This document shows positions 13,017 through 25,500 of a DNA stretch of 64,000 bases, piece after piece. A program made the position numbers and the translations under genes. The stretch covers positions 2,852,001 to 2,916,000 of the forward strand of contig CM030338.1 in NCBI GenBank assembly GCA_017654855.1. The letters are read 5' to 3'. This DNA comes from Podospora anserina (Eukaryota). The first letter of the stretch is position 1. The number at the start of each line of letters is the position of its first letter. A model generated the notes under the pieces. It saw only the letters and a program-made list of their open reading frames with translations, ran no database searches and was not told the DNA's origin.

Positions 13017-13650
13017 TTTGATATGTGATGGCTAACGTACGAGAAGCTGGGGGTTGATGAAGCTACCTCCTCCTCCTCCTAACTCACACAACAGTTCCCA
13101 CCACCACCACCCACCCCTCCTTTTATGCTACAAACCGCAGGAACTTTCATGCCTTATCCCCGGACTCGTGATCACTACACTCCACGGGCACGTCGTGCCA
13201 TGGCGGATCCAAGACGACGACTGGCCGCTTCAAGATGCGGGGCACGCCCTACCATTTTAACCAGCAACATCTCATTGGACAACTTGACACATGTCGGAAC
13301 CGACGGGCAGGACAAGCTTTCCCTGCTTCGAGATAGCGGTATTGATTTGACCCGTGAGCCGGGTTCACTTGTCCGGGAAAGACTGATAGTGCTATCATCG
13401 CTTAGAGACCCCAGGCCGTTCCCACGGAAGATGATGTGCAACCGATGCTCTTCACAAACAGCCGATGTTGTTGAGGAGAATGAATCCCGGAGTTAAACCT
13501 AAGCGGGGGAGGGGCATCATTACGACCGCCAAGACACGCCGTTGGTGAGCACAACGCGGCAGGCAACCGAGGAACTTTGGACGCGATCCACTTTATTTCT
13601 TTCCTTCCATCATTGTTCGAACCAGTTCAAGAGCAGATACACAGTTCGAA

Positions 13651-14692
13651 ATGGCGCCTCCGGAAGTAGACCCTCTCGAAGAGGAGTATGTTTCAGAAGA
13701 AGACTCCGACTTTGCCCCCGAAGACGATAACGCGCCAGCAGCAGAGGAATCTTCAGCTTCTGCCGATGAAGATGAAGACGCGATTACGAAACCGACCGCG
13801 AAACGAAAACGCCCTGCCGGTGGCGATGCAGCAGAAGATGCCGGTTTCGAAAACTCGGGCGATGAAGCTATAATATCCAAGGGTCTCAAAAAGAAAAAGA
13901 GGAGACAAACAAAAGAAGATGCCGAGGACGAAGGAGGCGAGGGCGGGCTCATCAAGACCAGAGCCCAGCGTGCGGTAGAGTAAGTCCACCTGGTAATCCC
14001 TCCGCCATTTTCATCACTGACAATATCACTACAGAAAAGCAGAAAAAAGAGCGGCCGTCTCCACCGGCCCGGTAACCATCGACGTCGATGCCCTCTGGGC
14101 GCAAATGACCAGCGAGGCCGCCGCACCCCAACCACCATCACCACCACCATCACAAGAAAAAAAGCAACAGGAAAAAGAAGCAGGAAAACTACCTAAGGAA
14201 ACGGCCGCGGAAAAAGACCTCATCAAAATCAAACGCACGTATAATTTTGCCGGTAAGGTCCACACAGAAGAGAAACTCGTCCATCGGGAATCAGCAGAGG
14301 CAAAACTCTACCTCGCCGAACAGGCCGGGAGGACGGACACGACCGAATCAGAAGAACCGACCCGAAAACTCAAAAAGGCTTTCCGGTCCGTGTTTGAGCC
14401 GGTGATGCCGATTGATCCGGCGACGGGTCAGAGGAGAAGCGATCTTAACTTGGGGGTGGCATCTAGGCTCAAGGCGAGAGAGGCTGCTGCGGCCAAGGCC
14501 AAGAAGTTGAATACTGTCGAGAAGAGCAGGATGGACTGGGCTGGGTTTGTAGATAAGGAGGGGATCAAGGATGAGCTGGAGCTGGCGGGGAAGAGCAAGG
14601 ACTCTTATGCGGCCAGACAGGACTTTTTGGCGAGGAGCGAGGCGTTGAGGGAGGAGGAGGCAAGGAGGGCGAGGATGGCTGGGAAGGTTTAA
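13651..14692 (+). CDS. SWC5: SWR1 complex subunit Swc5 (BCNT-C domain); exons 13651-13979, 14035-14692
   Basis: Acidic N-terminus (EEYVSEEDSDF), IKRTYNFAG, C-terminal KLNTVEKSRMDWAGFVDKEGIKDEL...DFL. Intron GTAAGT...CTGAC...CAG. Confidence 0.9.
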
Positions 14693-14836
14693 GGGAGGGG
14701 GGGGGGAAGTTGTTTTGTATCATTTTTTTTACAAGGGCGTTTAGGAGTTTTATATATACCCACCTCAAGTTGGTTAGAATAATATTTAACACACGATTTA
14801 CAATTCTCATTTCGTACCATATCTTGACCCCTTTGT

Positions 14837-15969
14837 TCAAAGCTTGGAACTATCAATCCTCATCCCCTCATCATCCTGCTCCTTGACCCTCAAATCAGGC
14901 AACACCTCTGGCATAATCCTCTTTGGGTTCGCCCCCGGTACCAGAGAGTACTTTCCAAAATCCGTCACACCCCTTTCCTCCCGTAAGAAATCCTCATCAA
15001 GTAACAACTCCCCATTCACCCTTTCCGCCGGCACGTCCAAAATTGCCAATATGGCGTCAGAGAAAATAGTAGGCTTTCTCAAATCCCGTTTATACTCTTG
15101 GTCGCGTCGTGTGAACTGTTCTGTCGCGGCGGATTCGATGGCGACGGCGGGCCAGATGCCGGTGATGGCCATACCTTTTTGGCGGTTTTTGTCAGGGAGC
15201 GGGAGGGCTTCTCGGTCGAAGTCCATTGCTAGGCCTTTGACAAGGACGGACATGCCCACTTTGCCGATTGCGTAGGCGGTTTTTCCGCGGAAGAAGCGGG
15301 AGTAGATTGGCGGGGAGACGACGATTATCCGGCCGCCGAGGGGGGAGGATTTAAGGTGGGGGAGGGAGTGGTGGAGGGTGATGTAGAGGCCGGTTGGGTT
15401 GACGGATTGGAGGAGGAGGAATTTTTTGAGGGGGGTGGTGGAGAGGGGGCCCCAGTGGATGGCGCCGGTGTTGTAAATTAGGACGTCGAGTCTTTTGTGG
15501 GACTGGGGGGTGGTTAGTTTGGGATGTGGTGAGAGGTAGGGTGAAATAGCTGGTGGGGTGAAGAGGTGGTGGTTGGGGGTTTGTGGGTGATGGGAAATCG
15601 GGAAGGGACAACATACAGTAATGATATCGTGAATGAGATTCTCGATGGAGGTTTGGGAGGTTGTGTCGACTGGGATCGCGGTTGCGGAGAGGCCGAGCTG
15701 GGTTATCTCGAGGGCGACGGTGGTGATGGTTGATTGAGGGGAGTTGGGGTCGGGGGGGAAGGGCGAGAGGGTGGTGAGGGAGGAGAGGGGGGTTGTTGAT
15801 TTTGCGGAGACGACGACTGGAGGGGGTGTTAGTGGTGGTGATACTGGCGTTGATGGTGGTGGTGTGGCTTACCATGATAGCCAGCTTTGGCGAGGTCGAT
15901 GGCTACTTGACGGCCTATGCCCCTTGAAGCGCCTACTACGAGGGCTATGGGCTTGGTCGATGTTGACAT
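14837..15969 (-). CDS. Short-chain dehydrogenase/reductase, HSDL2-like, peroxisomal (PTS1 SKL); exons 15969-15873, 15816-15617, 15502-14837
   Basis: Rossmann motif VVGASRGIG, YAIGK (YxxxK), IWPAVAIESAAT, C-terminal SSKL*. Two GT-AG introns restore the frame. Confidence 0.85.
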
Positions 15970-16503
15970 CTTGGTGGTATTGAAGGGATGGGTCAGGGGT
16001 GTAAGTGCCGAGCTGTTGAGCGTGAGGGCGTGTAAGTGGTGAGATCGTGAGTGAAGGTCAAAGCACAACAAGAACCATCACAAGCAACTCAATAAATACA
16101 ACTTCATCAAAGTTACATAACCGAAATTTTCGGCAAGTTCTACTTGACAATATCCACCTAGTTTGAAGATATCTCGATGGGATTACTGATCATGAGGTTG
16201 TCAACGAAAGGCTGGGGGTTCACAAAGGCACCCGGCCGACAGTGGGGCGGCTGAGCCGAGGCAGTGGCGCCGTTCCCTTCCCCTTTTTGGCACGCTTCCC
16301 CAGAACCATCACCCCCTGAACAATGCGGGGGGGGAGGGGGTGGAACCTGGGGAATGTCCCAGGCATCTTATACAAACCTCCAACTTCCTATTTCACATTG
16401 CTTTTCATCTTTATATCTATATGTTTACATATCAGTGTGTTTGTGTGTGTCTGTATCACTATTGAAGCGTTTCATTGTACCATACCCATGTAAAACAGTC
16501 AAG

Positions 16504-17412
16504 ATGGGCGGTAAAATCGACTGCTACCTTGACATAGGTCAGTTCTCCTCCCTCAATCCCTTCCCACCCTCATATCAATCACTCACCATCACATACAGCT
16601 TCATTATACTCCTACCTCGCATACCTAGACCTCCTCCGCAACCGCCCCATCCTCGCCTCCCACGGTGTAACCGTCGAGTAAGTCCCCTTTCCCATCCCCT
16701 CATCCCCTCCCTTATTAAACACCCACCCGCCAGATTCCACCCAACCTTCCTCGGCGCCCTCAACCAAGCAACAGGCAACAAACCCCCCTGGACCCTCCCC
16801 GCCAAAGCCGCCCACGGCCCCTTCGACGCAGCCCGCTCCATCGCCCGCCAGGGCACCTACCCCAATGGCAGTCCCCTCAACATCACCTTCCCGGAAAACC
16901 TCTTTATAAACGGGAAAACCATCCTTCCCCTTCGTGCCCTGCACTGCATCAAGTCCAAGTTTCCCCCAGAAACCCTCGACCAAACCCTCCTCTACCTCTT
17001 CCACATCTTTTGGTCACCTCCCAATCTCAATCTTACTGTCCCTGAAAACCTCAAGTCAACGCTGTTGGCTGTGCCGGAGGGGTTCTCCGGTCCTACGGCG
17101 AATGATGACAAGAAGAAGAAGTTGTTTAGTGCGGAGCAGGTGGAGGAGATTATGAAGGGGGCTCAAGCAGAGGAGTTTAAAGGGAAGCTGAAGAAGACGA
17201 CTGACGAGGCGTTGGAGAGGGGGGCTTTTGGGGCGCCGTGGATATGGGCTACGAATGACAAAGGGGAGGGGGAACCCTTTTTTGGGAGTGATAGGTTCCA
17301 TTTTGTTTACAAGCATTTGGGGTTGCCGTATAGGGATGTGGAGGTTTTGGCTAATGGGGATGATCCGAAGTGGGGGAAGCTTTGGAGGAAGGAGAATGGG
17401 GCGAAGTTGTAG
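16504..17412 (+). CDS. Glutathione S-transferase kappa / HCCA-isomerase (DsbA-like) family, PTS1 AKL; exons 16504-16537, 16599-16677, 16734-17412
   Basis: KIDCYLDIASLYSYLA N-terminus, GNKPPW, GAFGAPW, FFGSDRF motifs, C-terminal GAKL*. Confidence 0.87.
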   Translation: MGGKIDCYLDIGQFSSLNPFPPSYQSLTITYSFIILLPRIPRPPPQPPHPRLPRCNRRVSPLSHPLIPSLIKHPPARFHPTFLGALNQATGNKPPWTLPAKAAHGPFDAARSIARQGTYPNGSPLNITFPENLFINGKTILPLRALHCIKSKFPPETLDQTLLYLFHIFWSPPNLNLTVPENLKSTLLAVPEGFSGPTANDDKKKKLFSAEQVEEIMKGAQAEEFKGKLKKTTDEALERGAFGAPWIWATNDKGEGEPFFGSDRFHFVYKHLGLPYRDVEVLANGDDPKWGKLWRKENGAKL

Positions 17413-18233
17413 GTGTGGTGAGATGTCGGATGGGGAGGAGGGCTTGGTTGGTGATGCTGGGCTGGATAGCATCACCATGGCCAGGTACTCTTTAGACCTA
17501 CTGAAACCAGCTGCCATCTATTGTGTGCACTTTCCTGGCCAGGGCGGTGCCGTCCTGGTCTGCATCAGCAAAGGTTTCTCGCGGTGGTCGTGTTTGGGAG
17601 CGTGAAGTCATTTCAGGCTTGTGATGAGACGTTGAAAACATATATTGACTGTTCATATGCTTGGTTACAGTTGCGAAGATATGTGCTTAGGTTTCAAACT
17701 TGAACGAAGAACTGCTGTTTGTATGGATGCAAAAGCTGCACGTTAGAATCTTATAATTAGCTCTGGACGCAATGTCCAGCGCTAGGCTTGACAAGGAGCT
17801 GTACCGAGTCAGCCAAATGCTTCTCTCACTTCAAAGAAATCCTTCTCGGGCATTGAGAAGACCCGTCCATCTCATCTCTGCCGCTGTTCAACAAAGAAGG
17901 GTGAGCAAAGTGACCCGAAATGACGTCTGCCACTGCTCGTCGCAGGCAGCTGACCAGAGTTGTCCCCCACCACAGAGCAGTTCCCGCAGCACCCCGCACA
18001 GACGGGAAGGGAGCTTGGGCCCTGTTCAAAGAAATCACCTGATCTGCCCCACAGGGTTCCTGCCCTGCCTTGCCCTACCTAGTTAAGTCAACTTCCCCTC
18101 CCGAAAAAGCATCCTCTTTCTTCCCTCATCACCAACGCAATCACTCATCTCCGAAGTAACATGTAGGTGCCCTTCGACAACAACAACACCCTCTCGCCTT
18201 CCTGTGCTAATTAACACATCACCAACAGTCAAG

Positions 18234-18369
18234 ATGAGAGCGAAGTGGAGAAAAAAGAGAGTTAGACGCTTGAAGCGCAAGAGAAGAAAGATGAGAGCCA
18301 GATCGTAAGTCGCACAATCCACCCATTCCTGGTCTACTACAGCTACTGACAGTCGCCCACAGCAAATAA
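18234..18369 (+). CDS. RPL41: 60S ribosomal protein L41 (eL41/eS32), 25 aa; exons 18234-18304, 18363-18369; probable 5'-UTR intron 18163-18228
   Basis: Spliced translation MRAKWRKKRVRRLKRKRRKMRARSK*. Intron GTAAGT...CTGAC...CAG. Too short for the ORF track. Confidence 0.96.
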
Positions 18370-19314
18370 ACGACTCGCTTCCTCGACCTCAATCAGTCTC
18401 CCAGTAACAATTGAACCTGGGCCATCAGCGAACTCAGCACCTTGGTCGTCCCTTTCGACTACCACGGCGACGCAAACCGTTCTTTGACTCTGCCCGTCGT
18501 CAAGTGGGCCAATAGGTCTCGGCAACCACCCCGAGTCTTCAGCAACCACGTTCTCCCCGGGACAACACTTTACAACAATGGCATTCACTGCGCGGAGGTC
18601 TGATGGATCATGAAAAAATGAATATGGCTGGTTGCACACCAATCATGGGTTGAGAGGACAATATGGGCGTTTATGGAACATTGGGCAAGCTTTGTGCTAT
18701 TTCATAGGACTGCAGATTGGGGTTTATGGTTTGCAAGAATTGACATATCTCGAGCTTGAGAAACAACACTTTGTGCTCTACTGTCGCGTGCTCGTGTGAT
18801 CAAATTGTGTTTCAGTCGTGTGCCCTAGTTATTGCTTTCTCAACTTTTCGCTGCCAGAGTCGCAGCGAACTTTGCTTTCATGTTTTACCTTAAATCAGCT
18901 GTCAAGACCCATTGGTGGTCAATGTAACTTGTCACGATACTGCGACTCGACGCGGTCTCTCTGGCCGAACAAGGTAGCTCGAGTCCTATGCGCCGACTAT
19001 GGCATTTTCATTCCAGACCTCTGCGTAGCTAATCTCATCAAGATCGAATAATTACAGCAACTAGCCCAAGCTCCCAGTTCACTTGAAGCTCAAGCTCACT
19101 CGAGCCCACCCCAGTATTTTAGCGACTTTTGCATTTCGTCATGGTGGGTGATGGGTGTGGGGAAGCCCGGAACTTTTGAAAGCGGTGAACCCGCAGCGGG
19201 TCTATTTTCCGGCAGAAAAAAGTTGCCCGCTGCACCCTCCGTGCTCCATCTGCCACCACCTTGCGATTACGAACCGAGAAGTTATACCCAAATTCGCAAT
19301 TCCACACAGTCAAA

Positions 19315-20725
19315 ATGGGCGACCCATCCGAAAAGAAGAGAAGGAGAGCCGAGGATGACACTCCAAAGTCCAAGAAGAAGAAGTCTGAGGGCGCCGGTGC
19401 CGCCATGGAGTTTTCAATAACTAAAGTCCACACGCCGCAGGTTTCGCCTCCTGTCGTAGGTATGGACAATTGCGCTTTTTGACTGATTCCAGAGACCTGT
19501 GCTGACTTGGTAAACCAGCCATAACACCAGGATTCCTTCTCCGCGACAAGCACGCATTCGATGTCTACGAAAAGGTCCCCCAACAGGCCAACAAGCGCCG
19601 AAAGAGCGGCGGTATTCCCCAAGCGCCCGAGATGGCTCTCCACTCCTCCACACACGTATCGATAGACTACACGGCCCGCGAGACCGAGCAAATGCTCAAT
19701 CACTATCTCGCCATTGTGGATCCAAAGACCAAGGAAATCGAAATCATTTCAGCCAAGAAGATGATGGTGCGACACAAGGTTCGAGCGCAACAAGAGGAGC
19801 GCAAGGAACCAGGGGAGGAGAGTGCTGCTCAGGTATGTTCTGTTATGGAAGAGCTGGTTTGGTGCTCACCAAGGCTTACCATTGTGTGCAGACCAACTAC
19901 GAGAGGAGAACAGCGCTCGGCGAAGAGTTCGGTACTAGAAAGGCCAAGAAGGCGCTCAAGTCCGTCGCCGATAATGCCATCATGGCCTCGACCGACAACT
20001 TGGGACAAGCCGAAAACACCATGTTGCAAAATGTCAAGGAGGTGTTCGCCACATCGGCCACCAAGGAGGAGCTGCAAGCTGCTGTCGATCAGGTCAGACC
20101 AGTGCCCAAGGGCAACTACAATGCCGAGCACATCCAGGATGTCTATATCCCCAGAGAGATCATCGGATCCGAGATTCTCAACGCGGTGCCGGTCATGGAT
20201 TGGCAGGAAGCTGTTCGCAACAACGAGGCTGTCAACGTTCCTTCGCGTTTTGTTGCCCACCGCATTGCGCGTGTGGCAGCCAACAAGGAGGACAAGGAAC
20301 GGTTGCAGGTTTTGCGATATCTGTTGTGGGTCATCATCCTCTGGGTCACTACCGGGAAGGGCAGGGAGCGTGGTACCAAGACCATTGCGAAGAGGGACAA
20401 GCTGCGAGAGCTTCTGTCCCCAGCGCCCGAGGTGGTCATTGAGAATATTCGTCGGAAATTCTCGGATAATGGTGTGATGCGCAAGGAGCACATGGAGCTG
20501 CTCATGACGCACTGCTGTGTTTTTGCCAGCATCATTGACAATTTTGAGGTCAACATGAACGACCTGAGAGAGGATCTCAAGCTGGAGCAGAAGCAGCTTG
20601 CCCAGTACTTCATGGAGGTGGGTGCGCGGGTCAAACAGTCCAAGGCTGGCGGCGTCATGAAGCATATTGCCAAGTTGCAGCTGCCACTGGTGTTCCCCAG
20701 GATTCGGTCAGGGGCACGGAGATGA
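19315..20725 (+). CDS. RPA49: RNA polymerase I subunit Rpa49; exons 19315-19459, 19519-19832, 19892-20725
   Basis: LHSSTHVSIDYTARE, HYLAIVDPKT, RTALGEEFGTRKAKKAL and C-terminal IAKLQLPLVFP match the A49/PAF53 family. Two canonical introns. Confidence 0.85.
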
Positions 20726-22520
20726 TGAGAAGAAACGGTGCGGTGCGGTGATGGGAGATTGGTTGGGGTGCAACGAAACAGTGTTGCTTTTAATCAGGCG
20801 CTGGATTGGGAAAATCATGTTGCTAGGCGTATTTTGGACGGGTCAGGAGAGTGTGTGGAGGTGCATTTTGACGGGCAGTTCTGCTTGAGCGGTGGTGAGC
20901 CTGGCAAATAACAAGCCAGGACTTACATCACCAAAAACCCTGGGCTCAGCAGAGAGAAACAGGCGGAAAGGTAGAGAAGGGGTTGTTACATACAGCGTTG
21001 GAGTTGTTAGTCTAAAGTCGAGTCACAAATGTGGCAAACAAACAAGTGAAATAAAGTTTAGAGCTATCTTTCTGCCGTGTCTGCAAAGACATGTATCTGT
21101 GTTGCACGCTCTTCCGGTTGCAGGTAGCTCTGGTTGCTTGTGATATGCAAAGGGGTGAGAAGGCGGGGTGCACCCAGCAAGGACGGTGTTTGTTCAACCC
21201 CCCTCCCCCTTTTTCCAGCAAAGCAGAGGAGAGACCCCTCCCCCTCTCCGTCGCCTCCTCCCAAGCAGAGAGTGGCCAAGCCCAGTCAACCCTGCGCTTT
21301 CAACCGCTCACACAGACTCTGGTCCACGGCAGGCAAAAGCCAACGGGGCAGGGCAGTTCTTCGGCGACCGGATCCCCTGGTCGGGTGCTGGTCGGGGCGA
21401 GTCTTGAGCCGCACACATCGACTGCCACGTGGGAATCTGGTCGGGTTCTCTCTCCACACAACCGCAACCACCTTTTCTCAATTGCACACTCGATCCCATG
21501 ACGACATTGTAACTGTCGCGATAGACACGTCTGACTGCGCTTAAAACGCGTTCTTTTTGTGAAGCTGTTGAATTGGAGGTTGGCTATGGCAGATCGTATA
21601 TTGATGATGAGAGACAGTAGAAACAATCAAAATAGACAGCATAATGAGCGCTGCTGATTCAAACCATTACATCTTGCTCTTGATGCATCTGGTGAGCACA
21701 ATTGATGATTTTCATTGCGACGCGTCGACCTGACTGCACAGCGCTTCTTAATTGCCATTTTTCTGAAGTGATTCACAATGGGTTGCTGCCTGCAGGGGCC
21801 TCTGACTCCACTCATGCCCTGTTGCGTGGCTTCTGATTGGCTGGAATGGCCGTGTCAGCAGCCAACCGGGCACCACGCGAAAGGCAGAACACGCGAACCT
21901 CCGCCCTGGCAAGTGCGTTTTTCCTGCACTCAGACTGGTTTAACCCGCCACGGGCAAATCCAAGAGCAAGCAGAGTGCTCGTCCCGTCACCACCATCAAC
22001 TCTGCACCAAGCAGAGCAGACACACCTCCCCGTCTTGCTCCGTTCGCGACAATTACCAATTGCTGGGACGACAACCTTTTTCTTTTTCGCGTCGCATCCA
22101 TCGATGCATCTGTCGCCATCAATCATCCATCACGAGCTCAGCTTACCTCAACCAACTGCAAGTTCCAAGCGATTGCCCATTCACGACCACTTCTGCCTCA
22201 TCCCATGTCCAAGAGTCGCAGTCGTGAATTTCCCACTTACACCGACTCTGTATACCCCATTTGATCGCTCATGCCGCCTATGAATTGATGAGACCTGAGC
22301 GAACAACGTGAGCATCCCTCCCTTGCTACCATCGAAGTCATAGCTTCGTGCCGATTGCATCCTACATCAGCGCATGTTGCTTGCTTGCTTGATGCTAACC
22401 GCACACCTTTGCAGTCTCGAGTCTTGATATCAACGACACACGTTACCCTTGTTGTACCATTGTACCATCAAACTTTGGCCTTTCGCGTCATCCCATCCCA
22501 TCGAAAGAGGAACCGTCAGG

Positions 22521-25500
22521 ATGCCCTCAAAGCGCAAACGCGATCCCCTCGACGGATTCGACCCTAACAAATCGGATTCGGAGGACGAGAACTTTGATCC
22601 AACAGAGGACGCACCAGCACCACGACGAAGCGCCAAGAAGTCGCGGTCGACGAGGACCAAGAAAACAGGAGGAGGCGCTCGCGGCAAGCGATCCAACAGG
22701 TACAGAGGGTCCGATATTGAAGACGATGATGAGCCCGAGGACAGCGACCTGGAAGATTCCTTCGCCGACGATGACCATGATGACCACGAAGACGAGTCCG
22801 ATGAAGATTTGCCCACCAATGCCGCCGGTCGCCGCGCGAGGAAGGCTGCGGTGAAGCACCAATCATACAGAGAAAGCAGCGCTGAAGAGGAGGAGGAGAT
22901 CAAGGAATCCGGTGACAGTGCCAGCGAGCTGGAGAAAACCCCAAAGAAATCGGCCAATAAGCCATCAAGAATTGTTGTGCTCAAGACAGCACAAGCACAA
23001 CGATCATCCAAGCGTGGAAAGGAGGAGCCACCATCAAAGCCACCGCCGGCACCTGCTCATCCAACGCGCCGAACTCGCGCCCGTACCGAGGAGGTCGAGG
23101 AGCCACTGTTTGAGCTGACCAACTCTGGGAGACACGCACAGCCAGCTCGGGGGGCCTCTAGGAGCAAGAGCCCAGAAGCATTGGCTCGTGCGACTCGCGG
23201 AAACCGCGGAGCTGGCAAAGGCCTCAAACAGCCACCCCAGTCCACCATCGAGGAAGCAACGCAAGAAAGCGAGTCCAAGGACGAGGAACCTGCCGCGGCT
23301 ATGGGAGGAGAGGAGGCAGAGTCCGTGACTAAGGGTCGGGGAGAGGAACCATCTCCAGTTCGTGGTGATGTCGAGCCAGAAGCCCAGCCAGAAGATGAAG
23401 ATGCTCCGATGGAAGATCAACCTGCAGAGGCCGCCGAATCTGCCGCGCCATCCGCACCAGCCGATGATGAAGATGACGATGATGACGATGTTCCAATCAC
23501 CAGAAGGACACGCGGCGCGCGAGCAGCTGCGTCAGAGCCCGCCGAGGAGGCTGCGGAACCAGAACCGGAGACCGTCGGAGGGAGTCGCCGTCTTACACGA
23601 AAATCGCGCCTTCGTGGAAAGAAAAGTTTGCAAGAGCCTAGTAGCGACTTCGAACCTGGTGAAGAATCTGCCGATCACATGTCTGCGTCAGAGGCTCCTA
23701 ATGAGGAGGCACCCAATGAGGATGATGAGTCCACTCCCACACCTCGTCGTGGTCGCGGCTCTAGAGCTGCGAGTCGACGGAGCCGTCGCAACCAGCGAGA
23801 TTCCGGGGACGAAGAAATCGAACTCGACAAGGATGAGATGGCCGAAGAGCTGGAGGAGCTGCGTGAAAGTAGTAGATCACGGCCCCGCCGAACTCGTCGC
23901 AGATCACCGTCCATCCAGTATGAGGAACGGGAAACCAAGAAGCGTCGCACAAAGCCGGTCAACTACAGCATACCTGCCATCGACCCTGCTGCTTTCGAGG
24001 TTGAGGATGATGATGCCGAGCCAGCTGCCACGCCTGCCAGAAACCGCAGAGGTGGCAAGAGCGGCGGCACTCAAGCCTGGGAGCGTGCTCTCAACACTAC
24101 GTTTGGTCCGTTCGGCGGTGGTGGTGGGGCTGGTTCCCTACTCAACGGACCATGGGGCACTGGAGCTACTGGTGGTGTAGACTCTGACAGTAGTGACGAC
24201 GAGATGAACATGCGCTCTGGCGTTGGCGGTACCGTCGGCATGACGCCTACTTCTGCCGCGCCTCCAGTCGGTCTCTTCAACCCTCTCGGTTCCCATAATG
24301 ATGGGCCTGGAGGTATTGGGGGCGCGACTCCCCAAGTCGGCAAGGTCAAGAACCAAAAGGCGTTTGCTGACGCCGATCCTCTCGGTGTTGATATGAACGT
24401 CGACTTTAGCAAAGTTGGCGGTTTGCAGGGTCATATCGACCAGCTGAAGGAGATGGTTACGCTTCCGCTGCTGTATCCTGAGCTCTTTACCAGGTTCCAC
24501 GTCACGCCACCTAGAGGTGTGCTGTTTCATGGTCCGCCTGGCACTGGTAAGACGCTCCTTGCCAGAGCGCTTGCCAACTCTGTCGGTCATGGAGGTCGCA
24601 AGATTAGCTTCTACATGCGAAAAGGTGCTGATGCCCTCAGCAAGTGGGTGGGTGAGGCTGAGAAGCAACTTCGGTTGCTGTTTGAGGAGGCGAGGAGGAC
24701 ACAACCCAGCATCATCTTCTTTGATGAAATCGACGGTCTCGCGCCCGTGCGGTCCAGCAAGCAGGAGCAGATCCATGCCAGTATCGTGTCGACGTTGTTG
24801 GCGCTGATGGATGGTATGGATGGTCGTGGTCAGGTTATCGTTATTGGTGCGACCAATCGACCAGACAACATCGACCCTGCTCTTCGCCGACCGGGTCGCT
24901 TCGACAGAGAATTTTACTTTCCTCTGCCTGATTTGGAAGGCAGACTTTCCATCCTGGACATTCACACCAAGGACTGGGGTCTGTCTCCGCAGTTCATGAG
25001 GGCGTTGGCGGAAAACACCAAGGGTTACGGAGGTGCTGATCTGAGAGCGCTCTGCACTGAGGCTGCGCTGAATGCCATCCAGAGGACCTACCCGCAAATC
25101 TACTCGTCCAAGGAGAAGCTTGTTGTCGACCCTTCCAAGATTACGATTTCGGCGACGGACTTTATGATTTCGGTCAAGAAGATGATTCCCTCGTCTGAGA
25201 GGTCGACTTCGTCGTCGGCGGTGCCGCTCCCGAGGACGATTGAGCCGCTGCTGAGGAACCAGCACAAGGCTTTGATTGGGGTGTTGGATAATATTCTGCC
25301 GCGGGAGAAGAAGATCACTGCGTTGGAGGAGGCCATGTATGAGCCTTATGCCGATGCGGATACTGGTTTTGCGCGGGAGGCGGCGCATGCTGAGTTTGGA
25401 AGGTCGAGAGTTTTCAGGCCGAGGTTGTTGATTTCGGGGCTGCCGGGGATGGGGCAGAATTATTTGGCGGCTGCCATGTTGCATCATTTGGAGGGGGTTC

